From Lama guanicoe (taxonomy: Eukaryota): a stretch of 64,000 bases of DNA. A program made the position numbers and the translations under genes. Where the stretch lies: NCBI GenBank assembly GCA_013239625.1, contig MU053873.1, positions 1,192,524-1,256,523 on the forward strand, written 5' to 3'. Positions 37,614 through 49,562 of this stretch are shown here, piece after piece (the first letter of the stretch is position 1; every line of letters starts with the position of its first letter). Under the pieces are notes generated by a model. That model was not told the DNA's origin. It searched no databases and was given only the letters and a program-made list of their open reading frames with translations.

Positions 37614-37849
37614 CAGTCCATGAGGCTGAAGTAGTCTTGAGTGGGGTCAGGTGGTTGCAGCGCGCGGCACTGAGGGCAGAAGAACCGGTCCCCCCGCAAG
37701 GGGCCCCCTAGGCCGCCACAGTTCCAGCACCGGAGGGAGTTGCTTCCTGCCAGCGAGGCAGCATTGCAGTTTAGCGGTCTCCTCCGGAGGACCCCTGTGG
37801 GCCACAACCCCGACACCCGGAGCAAGGTCCCCGTCCTTCCGCCCCACAT
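37614..37849 (-). CDS. HSCB: HSCB exon 1: mitochondrial presequence and tetracysteine motif of the Fe-S cluster co-chaperone HscB/HSC20
   Basis: ATG at 37849; MWGGRTGTLLRV...CWNC...FFCPQC...DYFSLMD; donor gtacgg. The six exons sum to 708 nt (235 aa plus stop). Confidence 0.96.
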
Positions 37850-38100
37850 CTGGCCGGCGCCCTGCCTCCCCGTGGCCACCTAGGAAAGTGGCCGACTAGC
37901 CTAGGGCTGCTGATTGGCCGGGAAGCCGAGGGGGCGGGATTACACCCGGGAAACCTGGATCCTGAGTTCCGCTTTACGTTTTAAACTACAACTCCCGGAA
38001 AGCATTGAGGCCATGTGGCGGGCCACATCCGCTGTTTCTCATTGGTCCTATGGAGGCAGAGGGGTGTTGTGATTGGCTGAGGGTGGAGTTTGTATCTGCG
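37850..38100. promoter_or_regulatory. HSCB/CHEK2 bidirectional CpG-island promoter
   Basis: Head-to-head genes about 250 bp apart. ATTGG boxes at 37913, 38041 and 38072; GC box at about 37930-37938; ACTACAACTCCC at 37985-37996; TTTGTA at 38089-38094. Confidence 0.88.
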
Positions 38101-38163
38101 CGTTTAGCGCCACTCCGCTGGCTGCGGCTGCTTTGGGTGTGCGGTTCTAGGTGGGCTCACGCG
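38098..38163 (+). other. CHEK2: CHEK2 non-coding exon 1 (5' end approximate)
   Basis: Resembles the CHEK2 5' UTR as I recall it (tttagcgccactc...gtgggctcacgcg); strong donor gtgagt at 38164. Confidence 0.8.
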
Positions 38164-38859
38164 GTGAGTCATAGTGGGGAACTTCTCGTGGGCGTTTGGG
38201 GGTTCGAATCCTGCCCTCAGGGTCTTATTGCGAGCTGAATTTCCTGAGCTTCCGCTTTGTCCTGTGTTTGAGCTTGGGAAGGGGGGAGTGGAATGTGTGG
38301 GCGACTCTCTTCCTTTTTAGATAGACTTCGAGGTGAAGTTCACTTCCCTTGTTATTTACAAGCTGAAACTGGCCCAGCCGTATGGGATGAGAGATAACAA
38401 AGTTGTGCTCTTGAAAATCAGAGCGAAGTTGCTTTGTAAAGAGTTTTATAAGTGTTAGTAATTATTTCCACACTTAGGTTCAATCTGGAAAATACCTATT
38501 GGGAACCCATTCTTAGCCTCTAGGCGCTGCAGGGAACTGGAAACACAGACTAGTGTAGGAGGATGCCTGTGAGTGTCCGTAAGAAAGTGTGGGGATGGGG
38601 TGGCGAGAAGAGGGTGGGAGGACACCATTCTTCCTTGGGACTCAGTTTCTCTGTTTGAAAAAAAAAATGTGTTGCGATTGTGAAAGCCTTTTCCGGCTTT
38701 CAGATCCTTTGGGCCTGGGACTCCCAATTATCAAGCATTACTGGGGTGGGGAGAGTAGCGTTGATGCCTCATGTAATTCTCAGATCTACCTCCTTTTTAG
38801 GGGGTTTAGGGAGGTTGTGATCTACCTAAAGATCGTGCAAAGAGTTGACTTATATATCT

Positions 38860-39004
38860 TTTTTTAAAAAATTCATTTTTTGTTGTTCTTTGTTTTGGGG
38901 GAGGTAATTAGCTATATTTACTTATTTTGGTGGAGGTAATGGGGATTGAACTCATACCTCGTGCATGCTAGGTACAACTCTACCACTCAGCTCTACCCTC
39001 CCCC
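38860..39004 (-). mobile_element. tRNA-derived SINE (Vic-1-like)
   Basis: ggaggtaatggggattgaactc...gtgcatgctag...taccactcagctctaccctcccc. Confidence 0.8.
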
Positions 39005-40321
39005 TCGACTAAAACATCTGACTCAACTCCAGACCTGTTTACTTCTAACCTGTCCAATATACTTTTTCCTCGTGGCGGAAGCCAGCGGGGTCCTGGCCTG
39101 ATGGACCCTTATTTATTATGAACCAAGATGGCAGCTGTCTCTTGATGCGCTGTCTTTTGCCAGTTTCCAGGGCAGAGAAGTCTTGCTCCAAAAGCTGCAG
39201 GAGGACACAGCGTGGCTGAGGTGGTGTTAGAGCAGCAGGTCCTGCTCTGGCAGCACCTCCCTGGTGTGCTTTAAGGAAAACGCATCAGGACCTTTACATC
39301 TGGAAAGCTGTGTAAATGCAATAATCAGTGTAAGTCGTGTTTACTGTATTCTCCTTTAGGGATAGCCTGAGTGGGAATCTGAGGAGAATGCACCTTTATT
39401 TATTAATTTTTTAAAACTCAGGTTAAGGATTTAAAGTTAGGGATTGAAAATTTGACTTTACTGTAGGTTCTGTTATCAGAGTTGAACTGTCCATCAAATT
39501 CTAAAGCAAGGGTGAGAACCTCTGTTATGGTCTTCTGTGTCTTTAAGAATGTTTTCTTCAGGCTTCTGTTGGGCTAGGAGGCCATTTAGGATGCTGAAAA
39601 GACCAACCCCATTGTTAATTAGCATCACAAAGGGCTAGGTGGAGTGGTTTAGAGCAGGTTTTGCGTTTTGCCTTATTAAGTGGCGTGGCTCTTAGTTTTG
39701 GAGTCAAGGAATCTAGAATGAACCACAGGACTTGGCTCCTCCAGGAGCTTGCTAGAGGGAGAAGGGGCATCAGTGACATTTTATGTAAGTAACCACCCTG
39801 GGGTGGTGCAGCGAAATTCTGTAGAACTTTGCCCGTTGTCTACCCCAAGCCACCTGACCCTTCCCCTTCTTTCCTTTCCAAAAATATATATGAAGTTTAG
39901 TAAATATAGTGTTGATTGTATTAATGAATACATTAATAATTTAAAACTTTCCATTTTTCATTTAAAACATTAGATGAATGTAAGCTGTTATGAGTCTCCT
40001 CTTCAATTCAGTTTCATTGCTTTTTACTTATTTACAGTCTTCAAATAAATTTTTTTGTTTCTTTCCACTGTGGTTTGTGGCTGTCAGGCAGAAAACTTCG
40101 GGTGAAAATTATCTGATGAAAAGCTCAGTCCAGCAGAATTATAGTTAGTATGTCTAGACTTAGAATTTTAATTTTTGCAGAGCATGATTGCCCTGGATGG
40201 ATATATACATATATATATATATGTATTTTGGCTAAGGTAACATGCCCATCCTTCATTCTTGACCTTTAGTCTTGTTCCTTGAAACTCACCTTATTGTTGG
40301 ACACTTATCTTTGAGGTCGTG

Positions 40322-40670
40322 ATGTCTCGGGAGACAGATGTGGAGTGTCAGCAGTCCCATGGCAGTGCCTCCCCGCAGTCCCATGCCAGCGGTACCTGCT
40401 CTCAGTCCCAAAGCAGCTTCTCGCAGTCCCATGGTCCCTCCTCACAGACACACGGCTCCTCTTCACAGTCTCAGGGTGTGTCCAGCTCCTCCACCAGCAC
40501 AGTGCCCACGTCCAGCCAGTCTTCTCACTCCAGCTCGGGCACGCTCAGCTCCTTAGACACAGTGTCCACTCAGGAACTGTGTTCTATTCCCGAGGACCAA
40601 GAACCTGAGGAGCCTGTCCCTGCTCCCTGGGCTCGATTATGGGCCCTTCAGGATGGATTCTCTAATCTTG
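40322..40670 (+). CDS. CHEK2: CHEK2 exon 2 coding part (SQ/TQ cluster domain)
   Basis: Acceptor tttgag at 40315; ATG at 40322; MSRETDVE...LDTVSTQEL...[17 protein letters not shown]; donor gtaaga. Confidence 0.97.
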
Positions 40671-41799
40671 GTAAGACCCTTTGTTACGCTGTAATATTTT
40701 GTTTAGAAAAACACTTATAGAAAGTTGTGCAACAGGTAGCTCAAGACAATCCTGAAATGATTCTGGAGTTTGAAAGTGATGAAAGATGAAACCAAGGAAG
40801 CAGCAGTGCTTTGGGTAGTGCTCTGGCTCTTCCTTGCTGTGGATCCTTTTCTTTTTTTCTAATTGAAGTATAGTTAGTTTACAATGTTATGTCAATTTCT
40901 GGTGTACAGCATAATAGTTCAGTCATACCTATGCATACATATATTCGTTTTCATGTTCTTTTTCATTAAAGGTTACTATAAGATATTGAATATAGTTTCC
41001 TGTGCTGTACACATTTATTCTTTCAACAGATACTAACTGAGCATTTGCAGTGTGTTGTCCATATGAAGAGAGTTGTGGACCTGTTCCCTAGAAAAATGCT
41101 GATTCATGCAATCTTGCAAACATCTGTCATCTATTCACAGAAACTTCACCACTTAACCTCTGCTGTGCTGCAGCAGCTTCAGAGCATCAGTGTTTCAGTG
41201 TCAGAATGGAGAAGGCTATTTGTTGACTCCCTGTTACTTGTTTTTATCTCAAAATAGCCAACCTCGCAGTTTAAATATATCCATTCCCTCTGACACCTGG
41301 TTGCAACAGTAAGGCTTTCGCTATCTGTGTGTTTTAAGTAGCATTTTTCCTTCCTGTCGGATTAAAATGACCTTTTCATTTAAAAGAAAAATTGAACTTG
41401 ACATTAAAGTATAGAAAATAATAATATAAACAAATGAATGACTAATGTGCCATTTTGTGCCTTGTCACTCACCCTTCCCTTTTATGTCATGTCCAACTTT
41501 GATGACTTGAAAAAATAGTAAAAACTGGAGGAAAAATGTAGCAACATCCATATGTACAACTTTAAATCTAGAAGTAAACATTTGAAGCTATTTCTTACTC
41601 ATTTAAGCCATATTTTAAAGATAGGCTTAGAGTTTATGTATGGGGAGTGGGACACAAATGGTGAGTTAGGGTGAAGTGGATGTATCACCTTTAAAAGTAA
41701 AATTACATGTATAAGGAGCTTGATAGGGTGACCAGCATAAAGTAGTTGCTCAGCAAAAAGGAGCTATTTTATTGTTATTATGTGTCATGATTCACAACA

Positions 41800-44700
41800 A
41801 GTTTTCTTCTAATTATTTTACAGTTTTAGTTCTTATACTGACCTATTTTAAGTTGATTTTTGCATGTGGTATGAGATATTGTCCAAATTCATCCTTTGGT
41901 GTGTGAATGTCCAGTTGTCCAACCACTATTTCTTGAGGAAACTATTCTTACTCCCTTGAATGGTCTTAGCACCCTTGTAAAAGATTATTTGACCATAAAT
42001 GTGAGGGTTTAATTCTGGACTTTCAATTCAATTCTTTTGATCTATGTGTTTATCCTTGGGCTAGTACCATAAAATCTCGATTACTATAGCTTTGTAGTAA
42101 GTTTTGAAATCCAGAGAATGAGTCTTGATTTGTTCTTCTTTTTCAAGATTGTTCTGACTATTATGTTTCTGTAGATTTCCATATGGATTTTAGGATAAGT
42201 TTGTCACTTCCTGGGATTTTGATGGAAATTACATTAAATCTATAGATCAATTTGGGTAACATTGCTATCTTAACTATGTTAAGTCTTTGACTCTGTGAAC
42301 ATGGGATATCTTTCATATTTAGATCTTCTTTAATTTCTTTCAATGATGTTTTGTAGTGTACAACTCTTACACTTTAAAAAATTCATTCCTAAGTATTTTT
42401 TAAATGTTTACTTTTCATTGTGGTAGACAACATATATATATAACAAAATTTTGTCATTTTAGCCATTAAGTGTACAGTTCAGGGCATTAAGTACATTCAC
42501 AATGTTGTGCAACCATCACCATTATCTATTTCCAAAATGTTTTCCTCTGGTAAATTTTTTTTTCCCACCTCATCTTTATTGAGATATAATTGACATATAT
42601 AATATTGTGTAAATTTAAGGTATACAATATGTTGATTTGATACACTTACATGTTGCAGAATGATTACTAATATAGCCTTAGATCACATCACATAATTACC
42701 ATTTCCTTTCCAGGGGGAGAACATTTAAGATTTATGCTCTTAGCAAAGATTATTTGACCATAAATGTGAGGGTTTAATTCTGGACTTTCATTTCTATTCC
42801 ATTGATCTGTGTGTCTGTCTCTATGCCAGTACCACAAAATCTTGCTTACTGTAACTTTGTAGTAAGTTTTGAAATCTAGAGTATATAATCCAGTGTTATT
42901 AGCTATAATCACCAGACCTCCAGAACTTACTCATCTTGTAGCTGGAACTTTGTACCCTTGGACCGACCTCTCCTCTTTCCCCTGCTTCCCAGCCCCTGGC
43001 AACAACCACTTTACTCCGTTTCTATGAGTTCAGCTTTTTCAGATTCCACATACAAGTGAGATCATACATGATTTGCCCTTTTTCTGTCTGGCTTATTCAC
43101 TTAGCATAATTCCCTCAAGGTTCATCTGTGTTGTTGCAAATGGCAGGATTTCCTTTTTCTCATGGCTGAATAATACTCCATTGTATATATACTAATCTTG
43201 CTTGACTTACGATGGAGTTACATTCCAATAAGCCCATGGTAAGTTGAAAAAACACTTAATACACTTAATACAGCATAATTTATAAGCCTTACTACCTTAA
43301 ATATGCTCAGAACACCTAATGTTAGCCTACAGTTGGGCAAAATCATCTAATACAAAGCCTAGTTTATAATAAAGTGTTGAATGTCTCATGTAATTTATTG
43401 AATACCACACAGAAAGTGCAACACAGAATGTTTGTATGGGTTCAGAATGGTTGTTAGTGTTCTGGTTGTTCACCCTTGTGATTGCGTGGCTGGCTGGGAG
43501 CTGCGGCTTGCTGCCACAGCCCAGCATCATGAGAGAGTACTGGACTGCATCTCACTTGCCCAGGAGAAGATAAAAATTTAAAATTTGCAGTATGGTTTCT
43601 ACTGAATAAATACAGGTTTTGTGCCACCTTAAAATCGGAAAATTATGGGTGGAATCACCGCATCTTTATACCACATCTTCTTTATTCATTCATCCATTGA
43701 CGGACACTTGGGTGGTTTCCACATCTTAGCTATTGTGCCTTAATGAACATGGGAGTGCAGATACCTCTTTGAGGTCCTGTTTTCATTTCCCTTGGATATA
43801 TACTCAGAGGTGGGATTGCTGGATCACATGGCAGTTCTATTTTTAACTTCCTGAGGAGCCTCCATGCTGTCTTCCATAGTGGCTGCAACAAACATTCTCA
43901 CAAACAGTGCACAAAGGTGCTTCCCTTTTCTCTACATCCTTCCCAACATTTATAATCCCTTGTCTTTTTGATGATAACCATTATAACAGGTGTGAGGTGA
44001 TGTCTTATGGTGGTTTTGATTTGCATTTCCCTGATAATTAGTGATGTTGAGCACCTTTTCAAGTAGCTGTTGGCTGTTTGTACATCTTGGAAAAATGTCT
44101 CTTCAGTTCCTCTGACCATTATAATTGGATTGTTTGTTTTTCTGCTATTGAATTGTATGGGTTCTTTATATATTTTGGATATCTATCACTTATCAGATAT
44201 ATGATTTGCAAATATTTTCTCCCAATCTGTAGATTGTCTTTTCGTTTTGTTTGCTGTTTCTTTTGCTGTGCAGAAGCTTTTTAATTTGATGTGGTCCTTA
44301 TTATGAATTTTTGCTTTTGTTGCTTGTACTTTTGGTATCATATCCAAAAAATTGTTACCAAGACCAATGTCAAAAAACTTTTTCCTTGTTTTCTTTTAGT
44401 TTTTTGGTTTCACTTCTGTTTAAGTCTTTAATCTATTTCATGTTAATTTTTGTGAGTGATGTAAAATAGGGGTCCAGTTTCCATTCTTCCGCATGTGGTT
44501 ATTCAGTTTTACTAACACTATTTATTAAAGAGATTTACCTTTCACCCATTGAGTTCTTCTGGTAATTTCTAACCAGACACCAATTTCTCTGTGTCTTTGA
44601 GTTTACTTGTTTTAGATATTTCATGTAAATGGAATCATAATATATGTCCTTTTGTGTCTTGCTTCTTTCCCTTAGCATAATATTTTCAAAGTTCATTCAT

Positions 44701-46450
44701 GTTGTGTTCTGTATCAGAACTTTATTTTTTTAATGTCTGAATAATATTGCATTGTATATATATACCACATTTGGTTTATCCATTCTTCTGTTGATGGACA
44801 TTTTGCTTATTTCTACCTTTTGGCTATTTTGATTAATGCTGTGATGAATATTTGTGATAAGCATCTATTTGGGTCCCTGTTTTCAATTTTTTTTTGGTTA
44901 TTTACCTAGGAGTGCAATTGCTGGATAATATGTTTAACTTTTTAAGGAGCCACCAAACTTTTTCACAGCAGCTGCACTATTCTGTATTCCCACTAGCAGT
45001 GTATGGCGGTTCTAATTTCTTTGCATTTCACCACCACTTATTATCTGTCTTTTAATTTTAGTCCTCATAGTAGATGTGAAGTGGTTTCTCATTGTGGGTT
45101 TTTTTTTTCTTCTGTAAGAGAAAACCAGGAGGTTTTCATTGTGGTTTTGGTTCACATTTCCCTGATGGCTAGTGATGTTAAACATCCTTTCATGTGCTTA
45201 TTGGCCATTTTTATATCTTTGAAAAAATGTCTATTCAGAGCCTTTGCATGCTTTTAAATTGGATTGTTTGTCTTGTTGAGTTGTAAGAGTTCTTTATATA
45301 TGGTGGATAGATACATGTTTCACAAATAGTTTCTCGCATTCTTTGAGGCTATTTTTTTTTCACTTTCTTGACAGTGTTCTTTGATGCACACAAATTTTTA
45401 ATTTGATTATACTGTATTTTTCTTTCATTTCTTGTGCTTTGGTTTCATATCTAAAAAGCATTGCTTAACTCAAGGTTACAAATCTTTATCACTACTTTTT
45501 CTTCTTAAAGTCTTATAGTTTTAGTTCCTACAATTAGTCTTTGATTCTGTTTTAGTTGCTTTTTGTATATGGTGTGAAGTAAATTTCAACTAGATTATTT
45601 TACACGTAGATATCTGCTTGTCCTAGCACCATTTGTTGGAAAGATTATTTTTTCCCCAATGAATTGTGTTGGCACCTTGTTGAAAATCAGTTGACTGTAA
45701 ATGTGATTTATTTATGGTTTCTTAATTCTTCTCCATTGATCTATATGTCTAACCTTTCAGTAGTACCACACTGTCTTGATTATGGTAGCTTTGTAGTACA
45801 TTTGGAAATTGCAAAATGGTTAAGTAAGCCCTCTAACTTTGTACTTCATTTTGAAGAATGCTTTTTTGCTATTTTTTTTTCCTTTCTATTCTGGGTCCTT
45901 GGCTTTCCATAGGAATTTTAATTTGAATTTGTTAATTTCTGCAAAGAAGGCAGGTGGGATTTTGATACAAATTGCATATAGTTTGGGAGTTTTGTCATCT
46001 TAACATTAATCAATGAACATTTACATAGGCCTTTAAAATTTTTTTCAGCAATGTTTTGTAGTTTCTAGAGTATAAGATTTGTACATCTGTTAAACTTATT
46101 ATCAAGTATGTTATTCTTTTTATGCTATTGTAAATGGAATTATTTTCTTAATTTCATTTTAGGTTTGTCTATTGTTTATATATAGAAATATAAGTGGTTT
46201 TTGAATATTGATCTTGTATCCTGTAATGTTGCTGAACTTGTTTATTAGGTCTAATCATTTTTAGTGGATTCCATAGGATTTTCTACATATAAGATTGTGT
46301 CACCTGTGAATAGAATTAGGTAGATTTGCTTCTTCCTTTCCGATATGATGCCTTTCCCTTTCCCTCCTGCCCTCCCTTCCTTTAATTGCCCTGGCTTGAA
46401 CCTCTGCTACAATGAGTAGAAGTGATAAGAGCAGACATCCTTGTCTTATG
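41800..46450 (-). mobile_element. Cluster of nested antisense L1 fragments in CHEK2 intron 2
   Basis: Multiple L1 ORF2 and 3' UTR motifs on - (e.g. ORF-track peptides [37 protein letters not shown]). Confidence 0.85.
43192..43666 (+). mobile_element. Tigger3/Golem (MER7)-like element nested in L1
   Basis: gacttacgatggagttacattccaataagcccatggtaagttgaaaa...gcctacagttgggcaaaatcatctaa...gtggctggctgggagctgcggc. Confidence 0.75.
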
Positions 46451-48657
46451 TGATGTTCCTCTCCCCTACCCCACCGACACCATCTCACCTGTATCCATTC
46501 TTCATTACTAGGAGGAAGGGCCCATCCTTCCTGGGGTTCATACCCCGGTTGCCTCACTGAGAGCTTTTGGTCCCCTTCCCTCCTGCCTTGTGCTCCCTGT
46601 CCTCCTCCACACGTCTTCCTGAGGAGGGCTCTTCTAATGAGCCAGGGTCAGAGCAGGCCCTTCCACCCTTCCGTGGGCAGCCTCCTCTTCTACTTTCTGC
46701 CTATCATCCCTGGACTGTTGGTGTCCTGATGAACTCTCCATGCCTTTCCTGGGGCAACTGCCCCAGAAGCTCCGGGTTTCTAGTAGAAATACCATGGTTC
46801 ATTTATTCCTCCCCCTTTTAATACATGCTTAGGTTGTTTCCAGTTTTCACTCCGGCAAGCAAGAGCTGTGGTGAATGTCCTTTTTGCCTCCTTGGTCAGT
46901 TGAGCAAATGTCTCTCTAAGGTAGACATTGCTGGGCCATAGAGTTGGCATGGCTTTATCTTGTAATGGATACTGCTATATTGCCTTCCAAAAGGGCTGTT
47001 CAGTCTACTTTTCCTGTCTTGCCTCCTCCATGAAGCCCCCCTGATAGCCCCAGGCAGAGTTGCCAAGGCTTTTAATCTGTGCTTCCCCTCCCGAGAGCCT
47101 GCCTACCTGCTGTATTGTTGCTTCCACGTTCATTTCCCCACTAGACTGCAAACTCTAAGTGATTCATTTAATTTAAGGTTTTGAAGAAGTTATATTTGCA
47201 TTAGGTGCAAAATTCAAAGGAGGTGCAAAGCCTTCATCCAATTTCTGTCCTTCCCCCAAATACTTCCCGGTATTGCTGATTTCTCATGTAGCTTTCCGGA
47301 AGTATAGAAGCAACTAAGTATTTGTATGTCCTTTTTTTCTCTTTAATATTTATACTAATCGTAATTCACAACACACTGGTTGTAACTTGTTTTTTATACT
47401 TAACAATGTATCTTAGATATCCTATCAGATTATAAAAATCCTCATTCCTTTTTATAGATATATAAATTTATTGAACTTGCCCCTTACTAATGGACATTAA
47501 AGTTGTTGACAGTCTTTTGCTTTGTGAATAACCTTGGACATATGTTCTTATGTCCTTCCAGAATGCATATGATTATACTGTAGGATAAATTCCTAGAAGT
47601 GGTGTGTGCTTACGTAATTTAAAGAAATTGTGAAATTCTGATAGTTGAAATATGGAATCTTAATGTATTTATGGATTCTAAAATTTCTTGTATTGAGTTA
47701 GCTTGGCCATTTTCATATGTTTGAGCTGTTTGTATTTCTGTCTCTTATAAATTGTCTCTTTTTATCCTTTACCCATTTTCTACTGGATTATTTGTCTTTT
47801 CCTTATTGCTTTGTAGGAACTTTACAGATGCTAGGGAAATTAGTCCTTTGTGGTGTGAGTTGCTGATGTTTGCCCTGGTCTGTCCTTCCATAAACATTTT
47901 GCTTGTCTACCACATGCATTTGTGCTAGGTGCTGGAACTGGTCTCTTAAAGGAGAGACTCAAGGCTGCCCTCCTGGAGTTTGTTCTAACGGGAATGCCAG
48001 GAGGCAATATACAGATAATCAAGATAATTTTCAGTTATGGTCCATACAGAGGCCATGGTGATTATAGTGAGCGGGTGGTGAATTGGGAGTCTGCTTTATA
48101 TAGAAAGTGGAAGATGCTAATTTGCAGACACAAAAGGCAAGATGGCCATTCAAATAGTTGGGAATGAAGAGTTCTAAGGTCACAGGGGAGGTTGAGCCCT
48201 GCACATTTGGGGCAGGGAAAGGAGGTCAGTGGAACTGGGTGTGATGATCAAGGGAAGGGGAACAAGGTGAGTCTGGGAGGGAAGCAGGGGCTGGATCCTG
48301 AGCATCTAGCCTGCTATGTGGAGTGTAGATTTTATACTAAGTGTGATGCAAAGCCTCAGGAGAGTAATAAGTAGGAAGTTATTATTATACCATAAGTATT
48401 TTTTCCAAATCGTTAAAAATCGTTTGAGAACTTTAACAATTGCTTATCATTTCATAGCTATGTCTAAACCATAATTTATTTAGCTCTTTGGCATAATTTT
48501 TTTTTCTCTACTCCCAGTTTTAATCTTATAAAATTGTGATAGACACATCTATAATCTTGATTGCCTTCTTAAGCCACTTTCCTACAAGTAGATTTTATGA
48601 GCAATTTTTAAGGGTGTTTGATTCAACATCCCTCTGGTGTGTGCTTTTGTGTTACAG

Positions 48658-48782
48658 AGTGTGTTAATGACAACTACTGGTTTGGGAGGGATAGAAACTG
48701 TGAATACTGCTTTGATGAGCCCCTGCTGAAAAGAACCGATAAATACCGGACTTACAGCAAGAAACACTTTCGGATCTTCAGA
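48658..48782 (+). CDS. CHEK2: CHEK2 exon 3 (FHA domain)
   Basis: ttacag / gtaggt boundaries; (E)[41 protein letters not shown]; 125 nt. Confidence 0.97.
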
Positions 48783-48896
48783 GTAGGTGACAACTGGCTG
48801 TACATTTGGGAAATCTGGTAATCTGGATATCACTCTTAGATCCGTACTAAAATGTCCCACTGTTAAAACTTTGAAATAAAATGCTCTCTATTTTAG

Positions 48897-49044
48897 GAAA
48901 TGGGTCCTAAAAATTCTTTCATCGCATACATAGAAGATCACAGTGGAAATGGAACCTTTGTAAATAGAGAGCTTGTAGGGAAAGGAAGACGCCTTCCTCT
49001 GAGTAACAATTCTGAAATTGCACTTTCAGTGTGGAGTAATAAAG
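48897..49044 (+). CDS. CHEK2: CHEK2 exon 4 (FHA domain)
   Basis: ttttag / gtaata boundaries; [23 protein letters not shown]...[11 protein letters not shown]; 148 nt. Confidence 0.97.
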
Positions 49045-49409
49045 GTAATATTATTGTCTTCTGGTTACTGGATTTTTTCTCCCCTCCCATATAAAAGGAA
49101 AAATGATGTTGCGTCCATTGCAGAATATGGTTTAAGTAAATAAAGTAAGTCGCTTAGCATTCAGGATTCATCTCAGTCCTAGTTGCATTTTTAAATTATG
49201 AAAAGTTCTATTAAGACAGATTTTCTAAGGTTGAATGGATTTATTTAGTTTTATTTAAAGCCATAGGCTGTCAATTGAATTATTGTCTGAGTTATTTATA
49301 CTGTTTTATCCCATCAGTCTTAGATATCTGTGAGTTATCATTTTAGGCCATTAGTTCATTTGCCTCCCCTCTTCTTCCCTCCCTTCCTCATTCTTCCCTT
49401 TCTTCAGTC

Positions 49410-49562
49410 CTTTTTTTTTTTTTTAAGGGTTTTTTTTTTGACAGGGGGCAGGGGAGGTAAAGGTCATTCGGTTATTTATTTATTTTGATGGAGGTACTGG
49501 GGATAGACCCCATGACCTTGTGCATGCTAAGCACGTGCTCTACCACTGAGCTATACCCTCCC
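49410..49562 (-). mobile_element. tRNA-derived SINE (Vic-1-like)
   Basis: ggaggtactggggatagaccccatgaccttgtgcatgctaagcacgtgctctaccactgagctataccctcccc. Confidence 0.85.

Noticed and set aside
42161..44119. Short ORFs with L1 ORF2-like peptides
   Set aside because: Fragments of decayed L1 copies; no intact ORF2.
48783..48896. 114-nt CHEK2 intron 3 as an in-frame retained intron
   Set aside because: Contains an in-frame TAA at 48819-48821.
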